Shown here: positions 46,438 to 54,841 of the stretch, piece by piece | Position numbering within the stretch: position 1 is the first letter of the stretch | Layout: every line of letters starts with the position of its first letter | Source of the DNA: Clostridiales bacterium | Lineage (GTDB): Bacteria; Bacillota; Clostridia; Christensenellales; CAG-138 | Assembly: GCA_004556165.1 (NCBI GenBank) | Contig: SFIR01000001.1 | Span: 150,216 to 214,215, forward strand | Length of the DNA: 64,000 nt | Reading direction: 5' to 3' | Translations under genes and position numbers: made by a program | The notes under the pieces: model-generated | Seen by the model: only the letters and a program-made list of their open reading frames with translations | What the model was told of the DNA's origin: nothing | Database searches by the model: none

Positions 46438-49400
46438 TTACTCCGAAGGAACGCTTACAGGGGGATATTGTGCATACAGAACATTATAATTCTGAGTCAG
46501 CAGCTGTATTGCAAGAGAGATAGCGCTCGGGTCTGCCTGAGCAAGCGCAGCCTGCAGATTGGCAATGTTGTTAAGAAGCATTGCTCGGTCGGAATCTCCA
46601 AGCGTCTGAACATTGGCGAGATAATCCTGAACCGTATTGATAAGACTTCCGGCCTCAAGATAGAGATCTGCAAGGTTATCATAGGATGAACCGTAATCAT
46701 GTATGGGGCAGAGATACTCGCTGAAATCAAGATAATTTACTATGAAGCTGCTGATATCGAGATCGGTGACAACGGCGTTGGGAATGAGCTCTCTAAGCTT
46801 TTCGGGTGAGAGCTTTGCATAGACGGACGCAGTCGGAATAAGCACCACATAGCCCTCCCTTCTCAGATCGCTGGGGCAATGCTCGCATGCCAGTTTCCCT
46901 GATTCGCTGCATATATCGACACAGCAGTGCATGCTGCAATAGGTCGTCGGAACATCTTCAATACGGCACCAATCGGTTATTGGCTTGTTCGTGGCATCGA
47001 GCATACATGCTTCGGTCGCCAGCTGACCTGATATCGGGCATATGCATACCTGAACCAGGCCGAGATCGCCGGGGGAAGCATCCATTATCGGCTTATCAGG
47101 CAAGCCTTCATGGATCTGACTCATGAATGCCTGCCAAAGCGGTGCGGCAGCGGAACTGCCGGTGGAGCCGGAAGCAAGCTTCTCGGAATACTGATCGTGA
47201 CCGATCCACAGAGAAGCAGTGTAATAACCGGTGAAGCCTGCAAAATAGACGCTTGTATAGTCGTTGTTTGTACCGGTCTTTCCGGCAACGGTGATGCCTT
47301 CGATCTGCGCGTTTCTGCCGGTGCCGCGCTGAACTGCGTCGGAGAGAAGATCGATGAGCATGTATGCGGTACTCTCTTTGAATACTCTGTGAGATGTCTG
47401 TACATCCGTTGCTTCAAGAATCGTATTGCCCTTATCGTCAACTACACGGGTGAAGCTGACGGGATCTATGTACACTCCTCCGTTCGCGATGCATGCGTAA
47501 GCGGCAGCCATTTCAAGAGGGGAGATATCGGAGGTGCCGAGTGCAAGGCCCGAACCGGTAGCATGTATCCTTGAAGGATTGATTCCAAGCTCAGTAAGAT
47601 ATTGAACGCTGATCTCGGGAGAGACGTAATCATAAAGAAGCCTTGCAGCAACGATATTGAGCGAGGATACAAGGCCCTTCCTCATACTCTTTATGCCTTC
47701 ATTGCTCGATGAACCCAGCGAGGGGTAACCCCTTCCGCCGTACCCTTCGATCTCGACTTCTGAGTTAAGTATGCCGAGAGCAGGACTGTATCCGAGGTCA
47801 AGCGCAGGACCGTATACAGACAGGGGCTTGATGGATGAACCGACGGGCATGGAGCTTTGGTAGGCGCGGTTAAGCTGACGCTTCTGCGTAGGTTCATTCC
47901 TGCCGCCGATGATGGCTTTAAGCTGTCCTGTTTCATGATCGATAATAACGACCGATGCCTGAGGCTGGATGATGGTGAGCCCGGAGGTCGAATCGGTAAT
48001 GATGCCTGCGCTAGAATCACGGAGCGCAGGATAATTATCCCAGTTGGTTAAAATGTCCTGAACACTGTGCTGAATATCGGGATCTACCGTAAGATAGATA
48101 TGATAACCTCCGGTGCGCAGCTCGCTTTCGATAAGCGCACGGTTTGCGGAGGTGTTATCGAGCCCACGAACCTCCAGCAGGGCATTTACGACGTCATATA
48201 TGCCGTATTCGACAAAATATGCCATATCATAAAGCTGCTTTTGCGAGCTTACTTCAAGTATGGTGACTTCCTCTGCAAGCGCCGCATTGTATTCATCGAG
48301 CGTTATCGCTCCGGCTTCGTACATAGCCTTCAATACAACATCGGTCCTTGCATTGGTAATGTCCATTTTGTTAGTGCCGTCCTCATAGAACCTTTTATAG
48401 GTGTTGGCACGGGGATTTGTGTAATTGGGCTTCTGAACCATCCCGGCGAGCATGGCACATTCACGGATGGTCAGCTCGTCAAGCTCCTTGCCGAAATAAT
48501 CCTTTGCTGCGGTTTTGAATCCGTAGTTGGAATCGCCGAGGTAAACGTCGTTCATATACGCTTCAAGAATGGTATCCTTTGATACGGTGCTTTCAAGCTC
48601 GTAAGCGAGATAAGCCTCCTGTATCTTACGCTTGTAGCTCTGAACATTGCTCAACACCTTGTTCTTGATGAGCTGCTGAGTGATGGTAGAACCGCCATGG
48701 GTGTTTGTATTGCGCAGAGTATTTATAACGGCGGAGAAAAGCCTCTTGAGGTCGAGACCGCCATGCTTATAGAATCTTACGTCCTCAACGGAGATAAGAG
48801 CATTTTTGAGATTATCCGGAAATTCCTCTATGCTCGCCCAGTCACGGTATTCCATATCGGCATAGCTCGTTATTACATTGCCGTTGCAGTCGTAAATGTA
48901 GCTGGTGCGGTCGCTCTTGGTAAGAGTGGATATGTCGAGCGTCGGAGTTGTGTCAATATAAGCCTTTGCAACTCCCAAAAGAAGCCCGAGTACCGCAAAA
49001 CCTCCTATCACGATGAGAACGAGCATGATCTTAATCACGCCGAATACGATAGCAAGCGCAGTTGAACGGGGATGCTTGCGCGGAACAAAGAGCTCGGTTT
49101 CGGTTTCTTCGGATTTCGGTTTTCTGTGGGCGGAAGCCTTTTTCTTCTTTTTCTTCACTTTAGTATCCTTGCCTGATGCAGAGAGTACCTGCTCAACAGC
49201 TTCATGTGAATATACAATGGTATCAGAGGTGGCAGGTTCATTGCTTTCGGTCATATTATATTCGTACTCATCCGTTCCCTCAAGTGCTTTATCAGCAGGG
49301 ATATCGCTGCCCGTATCGGCAGCGTCTGAAACAATATCAGCTTCAGCGCCGGAATCGGCACATTCATCCTGTAAAGTTGCGCTTATTTCATCGTTACCGA

Positions 49401-49443
49401 TGCCGTCAGCGTCAGATATATTAAGTTTATCCGGATTGCTCAT
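46438..49443 (-). CDS. Class A penicillin-binding protein (glycosyltransferase + transpeptidase) with N- and C-terminal extensions
   Basis: GT51 motifs (SVEDVRFYKHGG, GGSTITQQL) and transpeptidase motifs (SSIKP, SSN, KTGT). It has a roughly 125-aa acidic N-terminal tail with a K6 run, and a 203-aa C-terminal extension containing 11 Cys. Confidence 0.93.
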   Translation of the reverse strand: MSNPDKLNISDADGIGNDEISATLQDECADSGAEADIVSDAADTGSDIPADKALEGTDEYEYNMTESNEPATSDTIVYSHEAVEQVLSASGKDTKVKKKKKKASAHRKPKSEETETELFVPRKHPRSTALAIVFGVIKIMLVLIVIGGFAVLGLLLGVAKAYIDTTPTLDISTLTKSDRTSYIYDCNGNVITSYADMEYRDWASIEEFPDNLKNALISVEDVRFYKHGGLDLKRLFSAVINTLRNTNTHGGSTITQQLIKNKVLSNVQSYKRKIQEAYLAYELESTVSKDTILEAYMNDVYLGDSNYGFKTAAKDYFGKELDELTIRECAMLAGMVQKPNYTNPRANTYKRFYEDGTNKMDITNARTDVVLKAMYEAGAITLDEYNAALAEEVTILEVSSQKQLYDMAYFVEYGIYDVVNALLEVRGLDNTSANRALIESELRTGGYHIYLTVDPDIQHSVQDILTNWDNYPALRDSSAGIITDSTSGLTIIQPQASVVIIDHETGQLKAIIGGRNEPTQKRQLNRAYQSSMPVGSSIKPLSVYGPALDLGYSPALGILNSEVEIEGYGGRGYPSLGSSSNEGIKSMRKGLVSSLNIVAARLLYDYVSPEISVQYLTELGINPSRIHATGSGLALGTSDISPLEMAAAYACIANGGVYIDPVSFTRVVDDKGNTILEATDVQTSHRVFKESTAYMLIDLLSDAVQRGTGRNAQIEGITVAGKTGTNNDYTSVYFAGFTGYYTASLWIGHDQYSEKLASGSTGSSAAAPLWQAFMSQIHEGLPDKPIMDASPGDLGLVQVCICPISGQLATEACMLDATNKPITDWCRIEDVPTTYCSMHCCVDICSESGKLACEHCPSDLRREGYVVLIPTASVYAKLSPEKLRELIPNAVVTDLDISSFIVNYLDFSEYLCPIHDYGSSYDNLADLYLEAGSLINTVQDYLANVQTLGDSDRAMLLNNIANLQAALAQADPSAISLAIQLLTQNYNVLYAQYPPVSVPSE

Positions 49444-49514
49444 TAAATCAGCCTCCCTTCATTAAGCTTTGCTTTGCAAATGTATTACCGATATTTCGGA
49501 AATAAACCGCAATT

Positions 49515-49543
49515 ATTATAACATAGAACGGTTTGATTGGCAA
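49515..49543 (-). promoter_or_regulatory. Putative PBP1A promoter
   Basis: Minus strand: TTGCCA (49543-49538), 17 bp, TGtTATAAT (TATAAT at 49520-49515). Confidence 0.5.
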
Positions 49544-49606
49544 ATCGGTTGATAATAGTATTGAAAATACAGCAGAAATTATGAAAAGCTCGGGAAATGC
49601 TGACTA

Positions 49607-49978
49607 TTATTCGAAATGCTCGTTCAGATGCTTTTTGAAAGCAAGGAAGGTTTCCTCGCTGATATCATGCTCCATCTTGCATGCATCGTTCACCGCATTT
49701 TCTTCGCTGACACCGAGACTTCTAAGCATTTCGGCAATGGTGATATGCCGGTCATAGATCCTCTCGGCGGCTTCCAGACCCATATCGGTCAAAACTAAGG
49801 AATTGTCCTTGCCGGTCACGATATATCCTGCGTTTTTCAGTATGCCGACAGCTCGGCTCACGCTTGGCTTTGAGACGTTCATATAATCAGCAACATCAAT
49901 GGAATGCACTTCGCTGCTGCTGCGTGAAAGAATAAGGATGGTTTCAAGATACATCTCGCCGGACTCCCGGATGCTCAT
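49607..49978 (-). CDS. DtxR/MntR family metal-dependent transcriptional repressor (short form)
   Basis: GEMYLETILIL, VADYMNVSKPSVSRAVGILKNAGYI (HTH) and a metal-binding/dimerisation helix region. At 123 aa it has no SH3-like domain. Confidence 0.88.
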   Translation of the reverse strand: MSIRESGEMYLETILILSRSSSEVHSIDVADYMNVSKPSVSRAVGILKNAGYIVTGKDNSLVLTDMGLEAAERIYDRHITIAEMLRSLGVSEENAVNDACKMEHDISEETFLAFKKHLNEHFE

Positions 49979-50068
49979 AACATATACCTCGGTTCAGATT
50001 ATGGTTGAAGAAACTGCATACTCCGGTCACGGAACAAACAAAGAGGCAACAATCGGGTAATAATGCTT

Positions 50069-50857
50069 TCAGCTATCGAAATCTTTTTGAGATACATCCT
50101 TAGAGTAGTTCTTTATCATGGCATAACAGCAGGGATAACCGACGATAATATGCTCCGAAAGGACTATATCCAGATTCCCGAGAAGCCTGCGGAGTTCTCC
50201 GGTAGCGGTAATGTCCTCATCCGAAGGCAGATATTGACCGGAGGGATGATTGTGGGCTATTACAACATTCACAGCACCGTGGCGAAGCGCTGATTCGACG
50301 ACGGTTCGCATCGGAAGCGATATTCGGCTTGTGCTGCCGCATTCGTAGATATCGTAATGAAGAAGACAGAATGCTTTGCTGAGAGAGATAATACATATCC
50401 TTTCTTCACGGCAGTGCCCAATCAAACGGTAAGAAAAATCAATTACGGAATCAAGATTATTGAATTGGGTCCTTTTAAGAAGCGTCCTTTCCGAATAGGG
50501 AGCAATAACACCTGCAAGACGAAGTAGGACGGCAGTGTTTTCGCTGAGCCCTTCCCGCATCAGATCGTTGGGATCGGCGTGAATCACACCGTGTAAAGAG
50601 CCGAACCGGTCGATGAGTGAATGTGCAATCTGATTAACATCCTTGCGGGGAAGAGCATAAAACAACAGCAACTCAAGCAGCTGGTGCTCATGCATACTGT
50701 TAACTCCGCCGTTAAGGAAGGTCTGCTTTAATCTTTGCCTATGCCCTTCATGGGGATTGTCGGCTCGGACCTTATCGGCTGTGCCTGTGCTTTCACTGCT
50801 TCCGACGTTTTGAACGGAAACGCTCAATCCCCGATTGTCCGACATTTGCTTCTTCAT
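50069..50857 (-). CDS. radC: RadC-like JAB/MPN domain protein
   Basis: GHRQRLKQTF, ELLELLLFYALPRKD and a C-terminal JAMM-like HNHPSG motif. I prefer the ATG start at 50857 over TTG 50881. Confidence 0.85.
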   Translation of the reverse strand: MKKQMSDNRGLSVSVQNVGSSESTGTADKVRADNPHEGHRQRLKQTFLNGGVNSMHEHQLLELLLFYALPRKDVNQIAHSLIDRFGSLHGVIHADPNDLMREGLSENTAVLLRLAGVIAPYSERTLLKRTQFNNLDSVIDFSYRLIGHCREERICIISLSKAFCLLHYDIYECGSTSRISLPMRTVVESALRHGAVNVVIAHNHPSGQYLPSDEDITATGELRRLLGNLDIVLSEHIIVGYPCCYAMIKNYSKDVSQKDFDS

Positions 50858-51043
50858 AAAAATATTTTCTCCGGATCTCAAATTGAATGCATGGTACCAC
50901 TCAAAAACACTTTATCCTAATATTAGCATTATAATCAGTAATTTGCAAGTGCTCTTATGGCTTGAAAGTGATAATTATGCTGAATTGTCACCTTTGATTC
51001 ACAATTTAGCACCGAAAAATATACCATTCACGAGAAAAAGCTA

Positions 51044-51072
51044 TTGACACGCCCAAAAATAAATGATATTAT
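51044..51072 (+). promoter_or_regulatory. Putative promoter of the small-ORF/lipoprotein cluster
   Basis: TTGACA (51044-51049), 17 bp, TATTAT (51067-51072). Confidence 0.45.
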
Positions 51073-51097
51073 TTAATAAAATAATGAGAGGAGGCAT

Positions 51098-51400
51098 GTG
51101 AAAAAAGAAGAAGACAGCCCGTGTTTTGATACTATCATAATCGCCCTTGCACAAACGAAAGCGGATGACCTCACAAACAACGGGGCACCCGGATCTGAAC
51201 TGCCGCTTATAGACTCACCCTCTCCAGAGGCGGTGGAGCTCACACCGCTTTCTCTTGTTAATGGTTTGCAGTTGACCGTCAGTGACGCTTATTCCGACGA
51301 ATTAACGACTTTTACGGCAACCTGCCATCGGATTGGTTTTGCGTATATTGTAAAGATAGGATTAGAGCGCATCTTATTGCGCATTGATGGCTTTAACTAA
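51098..51400 (+). CDS. Hypothetical protein (100 aa)
   Basis: GTG start 5 nt after a strong GAGAGGAGG RBS. No recognisable motif, so coding status is unproven. Confidence 0.35.
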   Translation: MKKEEDSPCFDTIIIALAQTKADDLTNNGAPGSELPLIDSPSPEAVELTPLSLVNGLQLTVSDAYSDELTTFTATCHRIGFAYIVKIGLERILLRIDGFN

Positions 51401-51420
51401 TGGTTTAAGGAGATTAGATT

Positions 51421-52155
51421 ATGAAAACGATAAAGAAACTACCTTATATATTCTTTGCAGCACTGTATCTGTGCTTATTATGTGCTTGCTCGACCGCACC
51501 AAAAGAAGATGATGTTCAGAGCTCGTATCCAATTCCGGAGGAAAATACTCAGAGCGTATCCCACACCCAAACACCGCTGCCAGGTGAACAGCCGGCTGCC
51601 AACATTGTACCACCGCCAAGCCTTGATTTTTACGGGATCGATGAGCTTCAGGATTTCGTTTCTTCCTACGAATTGAGTGACGATGATTTTGATCGTTTCA
51701 TTAAGGAACATAATTATTATCTTTGCGGCATTCAAAGCAAAACGGACTTGATAAACATGGTGGAGCGTTTCGATGAGCTACCGTTCCCGATGTCCGAGGA
51801 ATATAGCTTTAACTTTATGGACTACTATCCGGAATTGGGACGATATACAATGGTATATTTGATGGGCAACGGTCACTGCTATTTCACCTTTTTCGAGGGC
51901 GTTGAAGGCGATTCAGAGTCACTGCTCGACAGCGCAATTGAATCGAAGAATGTTTCCTTAATGGAACTAGATCAACCGACATCAATTCGCAGGCTTTATG
52001 TGCTTAACGATACGAACGATGATGTGACAACCTTTTATTCGGATATCAACGGATACTTTGTGGAAATTGAAACATGTTATCTTTCCCCAGGTGAAGCCGA
52101 GGAAGCGATATTGTCATTCGACTTCGGCACACTATCCGAGTTCCTCGGTGAATAG
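51421..52155 (+). CDS. Hypothetical lipoprotein (paralog 1)
   Basis: Lipobox LLCACS, a Pro/Glu-rich linker, then a roughly 170-aa domain shared with the next lipoprotein. Confidence 0.65.
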   Translation: MKTIKKLPYIFFAALYLCLLCACSTAPKEDDVQSSYPIPEENTQSVSHTQTPLPGEQPAANIVPPPSLDFYGIDELQDFVSSYELSDDDFDRFIKEHNYYLCGIQSKTDLINMVERFDELPFPMSEEYSFNFMDYYPELGRYTMVYLMGNGHCYFTFFEGVEGDSESLLDSAIESKNVSLMELDQPTSIRRLYVLNDTNDDVTTFYSDINGYFVEIETCYLSPGEAEEAILSFDFGTLSEFLGE

Positions 52156-52189
52156 CGGCACTGCAGGAAATAAAAAAATTGACATCAAG

Positions 52190-52320
52190 GGGACACTCTC
52201 TTCATAGGTTTTTGCGGCAAACGCCCTTGCAGCAATTCCATGCGCCGGAGCCCTCAAAACCTAATAGCTTATATTTGGGCGGGTTATGTAACTCAGGGCT
52301 CCGGATTCAAAAACCGTCCC
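52190..52320 (+). other. Nested stem structure (candidate structured RNA / cis-regulatory element) between the paralogous lipoprotein genes
   Basis: Three properly nested complementary pairs are present. They are GGGAC (52190-94) with GTCCC (52316-20), GGTTTTT (52207-13) with AAAAACC (52309-15), and CCGGAGCCCT (52245-54) with AGGGCTCCGG (52295-304). Confidence 0.35.
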
Positions 52321-52355
52321 GTGAGCACAGTCAAGAGAGAAATGGAGGAAAAAAC

Positions 52356-53105
52356 ATGAAAAAAATCTTTTTGATAGGTATAGTTATTATGCTTGCTTTT
52401 GCTTCTGCATGCAGCAAGCCTGCTGAAGACGTCATAAACACCGGAGCTCCGGAAACCAATGACGTGCATAATGATGAGAATACATTCAAACCCACCGCAG
52501 CTACGACGGAACCGCCTGAGGAAACACCCTCCGGAGGGAATGACGTTCCCGAGCAAATATTCTTTAGCAGCATCGAGGAATACCGCGAGTTTGCCGCATC
52601 CTTGGAGCTTGACGATGCGGAGTTCGAGAAGTTCATCGGTTCAGGGCAATACAGTATGAACGGCGTCCATACAAGAGAAGATGTAATAAAAGTGCTCAAC
52701 GCGCTTGGTTCCGTGCCCTTTCCCGAAATGGGAGGGTTCACTTTGGATTGGATAAATCTGCGCCTTGATTCGGATAACATCTATATACGGCTTATGAGTG
52801 ATGATGAAGAGAAGCTTTGCATTGGTTTTAGCATTATGATCTCCTGCAGCAGTGAAGATGCCGAGAGCAGGGCAGAAGAGCTTGACCGTAATATCATCGA
52901 GATACCTGTCGATAAAGATTCGGAACTGAAATACCTCCTTCGATTGGTCATGGATGACGATTCAAATCCAAATTCGTACTATTATACAAATATCCGATTC
53001 CATCGTATTTGCCTGACAACAAGTCTACCTGTGGAGGAGCTGTTAAATGCGCTGAATGGATGCCAATATACAACTATTGACGAATATGCGGAAAAAACAG
53101 CTTAA
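52356..53105 (+). CDS. Hypothetical lipoprotein (paralog 2)
   Basis: Lipobox AFASACS. I set the start at ATG 52356 behind GGAGGAAAAAAC. It resembles paralog 1, for example LELDDAEFEKFI...VPFPEM against YELSDDDFDRFI...LPFPM. Confidence 0.65.
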   Translation: MKKIFLIGIVIMLAFASACSKPAEDVINTGAPETNDVHNDENTFKPTAATTEPPEETPSGGNDVPEQIFFSSIEEYREFAASLELDDAEFEKFIGSGQYSMNGVHTREDVIKVLNALGSVPFPEMGGFTLDWINLRLDSDNIYIRLMSDDEEKLCIGFSIMISCSSEDAESRAEELDRNIIEIPVDKDSELKYLLRLVMDDDSNPNSYYYTNIRFHRICLTTSLPVEELLNALNGCQYTTIDEYAEKTA

Positions 53106-53164
53106 GCCTTTTAGCTTTTTTCGCTGATCGGCAGAGCTGACAATGACGAAACAAACGAAAGATC

Positions 53165-53209
53165 GCGGCGGCGCAGGCTTATCCGGCGCCGCTGCGTTTC
53201 TGTTATTTT
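53165..53209 (+). terminator. Intrinsic terminator after the lipoprotein cluster
   Basis: GCGGCGGCGC/GCGCCGCTGC 10-bp GC stem, followed by GTTTCTGTTATTTT. Confidence 0.75.
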
Positions 53210-53315
53210 GGGACGGCTGTGCTGAAGCATCGCCTATGATTGACAATCCACCGCCCGGACTTCATAGCGTTTATGGCTTGAGAGAGATAATTAAATGTAC
53301 TATGCGATTATATCT

Positions 53316-53343
53316 TTCCAAGTCCGTGATTTTATGCTATAAT
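53316..53343 (+). promoter_or_regulatory. Putative def-fmt operon promoter
   Basis: TTCCAA (53316-53321), 16 bp, TGcTATAAT (TATAAT at 53338-53343). Confidence 0.4.
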
Positions 53344-53406
53344 TGATAATGGTGGTTTGTAGTTATATGCTTCAAACCTGAAAATACTTTTACGGAGATG
53401 ATAAAA

Positions 53407-53877
53407 ATGGCATTACGCAGAATATTTACCGATGACGCAGAGTGCTTGTATAAGGTGGCGAAACCCGTTGAGAAATTTGATAAAAAGCTATGGACCTTGC
53501 TCGATGATATGGCCGATACCATGTATGACGCAGAGGGAGTTGGACTTGCAGCTCCTCAGATAGGAATTCTTCGCAGAGTCGTAGTCATCGACTGCGGCGA
53601 TGGAATTATCGAGGCAATTAACCCCGAGATCATAGAGACTTCGGGTGAACAGGGAGATTTTGAAGGCTGCCTGTCGTTCCCGGGTAAGCATGGGTATGTT
53701 ATTAGACCTAATGAAGTGGTAATGCGTGCCTATAACAGAAACGGCGAACTCATGGAGTATAGAGGCGAAGGCCTGCTTGCAAGGGCAATGCTCCATGAAT
53801 GCGATCACCTTGACGGGCATGTTTACCTTGAAAAGGTCATAGACCCTCCGAAGGGCGCGGAACCTCCCGAGGATTGA
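53407..53877 (+). CDS. def: Peptide deformylase
   Basis: GVGLAAPQIG, EGCLSFPG and HECDHLDG motifs. I prefer the start at 53407, 9 nt after GGAG, over 53398. Confidence 0.93.
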   Translation: MALRRIFTDDAECLYKVAKPVEKFDKKLWTLLDDMADTMYDAEGVGLAAPQIGILRRVVVIDCGDGIIEAINPEIIETSGEQGDFEGCLSFPGKHGYVIRPNEVVMRAYNRNGELMEYRGEGLLARAMLHECDHLDGHVYLEKVIDPPKGAEPPED

Positions 53878-53899
53878 TACAGCGATAGGAAAAGGAACA

Positions 53900-54841
53900 A
53901 TGAAGATAGCTTTTTTGGGTACGCCGGAGTTTGCAGTACCGTCACTCAAAATGCTCATAAATGAGGGCCATGAGATAGAAGTGTTTACTCAGCCCGATCG
54001 CCCGAGGGATAGGGGACACGGCTTTGCAATGCCTCCGGTCAAGCTTGTTGCTCTTGAAAACGGCCTGCCGGTGCATCAATTCGAACGAATTAAATCCACG
54101 GAGGGTGTTGAAGCCCTCAGAGCTTTTGCGCCGGACCTCATGGTCACCGCCGCATTCGGACAGCTCCTTTCTCAGGATAATCTGGATATTCCGAAATACG
54201 GCTGCATCAATGTCCACGGAAGCCTTCTTCCCAAATACAGGGGCGCGGCACCGATACAGTGGGCAATAATTGACGGCGAAAAGACCACAGGCGTAACGAC
54301 GATGATGACATCTCTCGGAATGGATACCGGAGATATCCTTCAAACCGTTGAGACCGAGATAGGCGAGAATGAAACCTACGGGGAACTGTATGACAGGCTC
54401 GCGGTCATGGGTGCGGAGCTCCTTAAAAAAACGATTGCCGCGCTCAAAGACGGAAGTCTTACAAGGACGGTGCAGGACGAGAGATATGCGACGAAGTGCA
54501 GAATGATTAAAAAAGAGGATGCACTTGTGGATTTTAGCAGCTCGGCTGCGAGGATAAGCTGTCTTATCAGGGGCCTTAATCCCTCGCCCTGCGCATATGC
54601 CATTATGGACGGACACAGAGTTAAGCTCCTTCGCGCCCTTCCTCATGATGATGAGATGCCGGAATTCACTGATGCCGATATCGGCGAATGTGTAATAGCA
54701 TCGTCAAAAAAGGGACTCTTCGTCAAAACCGGACGGGGTCTTCTTGAGATCACTGAGCTTCAATTTGAAAACTCAAAGCCGATGAGCGCAAAAGCTGCGC
54801 TAAACGGTAAAAAACTTGAAGGAAAGGTTTTTAATTCTTGA
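53900..54841 (+). CDS. fmt: Methionyl-tRNA formyltransferase
   Basis: MKIAFLGTPEFAVPSL, INVHGSLLPKYRGAAPIQ and a C-terminal OB-like domain. Confidence 0.95.
   Translation: MKIAFLGTPEFAVPSLKMLINEGHEIEVFTQPDRPRDRGHGFAMPPVKLVALENGLPVHQFERIKSTEGVEALRAFAPDLMVTAAFGQLLSQDNLDIPKYGCINVHGSLLPKYRGAAPIQWAIIDGEKTTGVTTMMTSLGMDTGDILQTVETEIGENETYGELYDRLAVMGAELLKKTIAALKDGSLTRTVQDERYATKCRMIKKEDALVDFSSSAARISCLIRGLNPSPCAYAIMDGHRVKLLRALPHDDEMPEFTDADIGECVIASSKKGLFVKTGRGLLEITELQFENSKPMSAKAALNGKKLEGKVFNS

Noticed and set aside
52190-52320. Assigning the nested structure to a known riboswitch class, for example c-di-GMP-I/GEMM because of a GGCAAAC segment.
   Set aside because: I could not find the other conserved GEMM elements (ACGCAAAGC-type core, tetraloop/receptor pair) or the signatures of any other class I know. 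It is kept only as an unclassified structure.
52179-52355. The N-terminal 59-codon extension of the second lipoprotein ORF as given in the track (TTG start at 52179).
   Set aside because: The extension would bury the signal peptide and lipobox internally. ATG 52356 has a strong RBS, and the upstream part coincides with the nested stem structure. Similar over-extended starts were trimmed for the ORFs beginning at 4741, 5931, 12192, 14706, 29062, 29297, 36933 and 41278.
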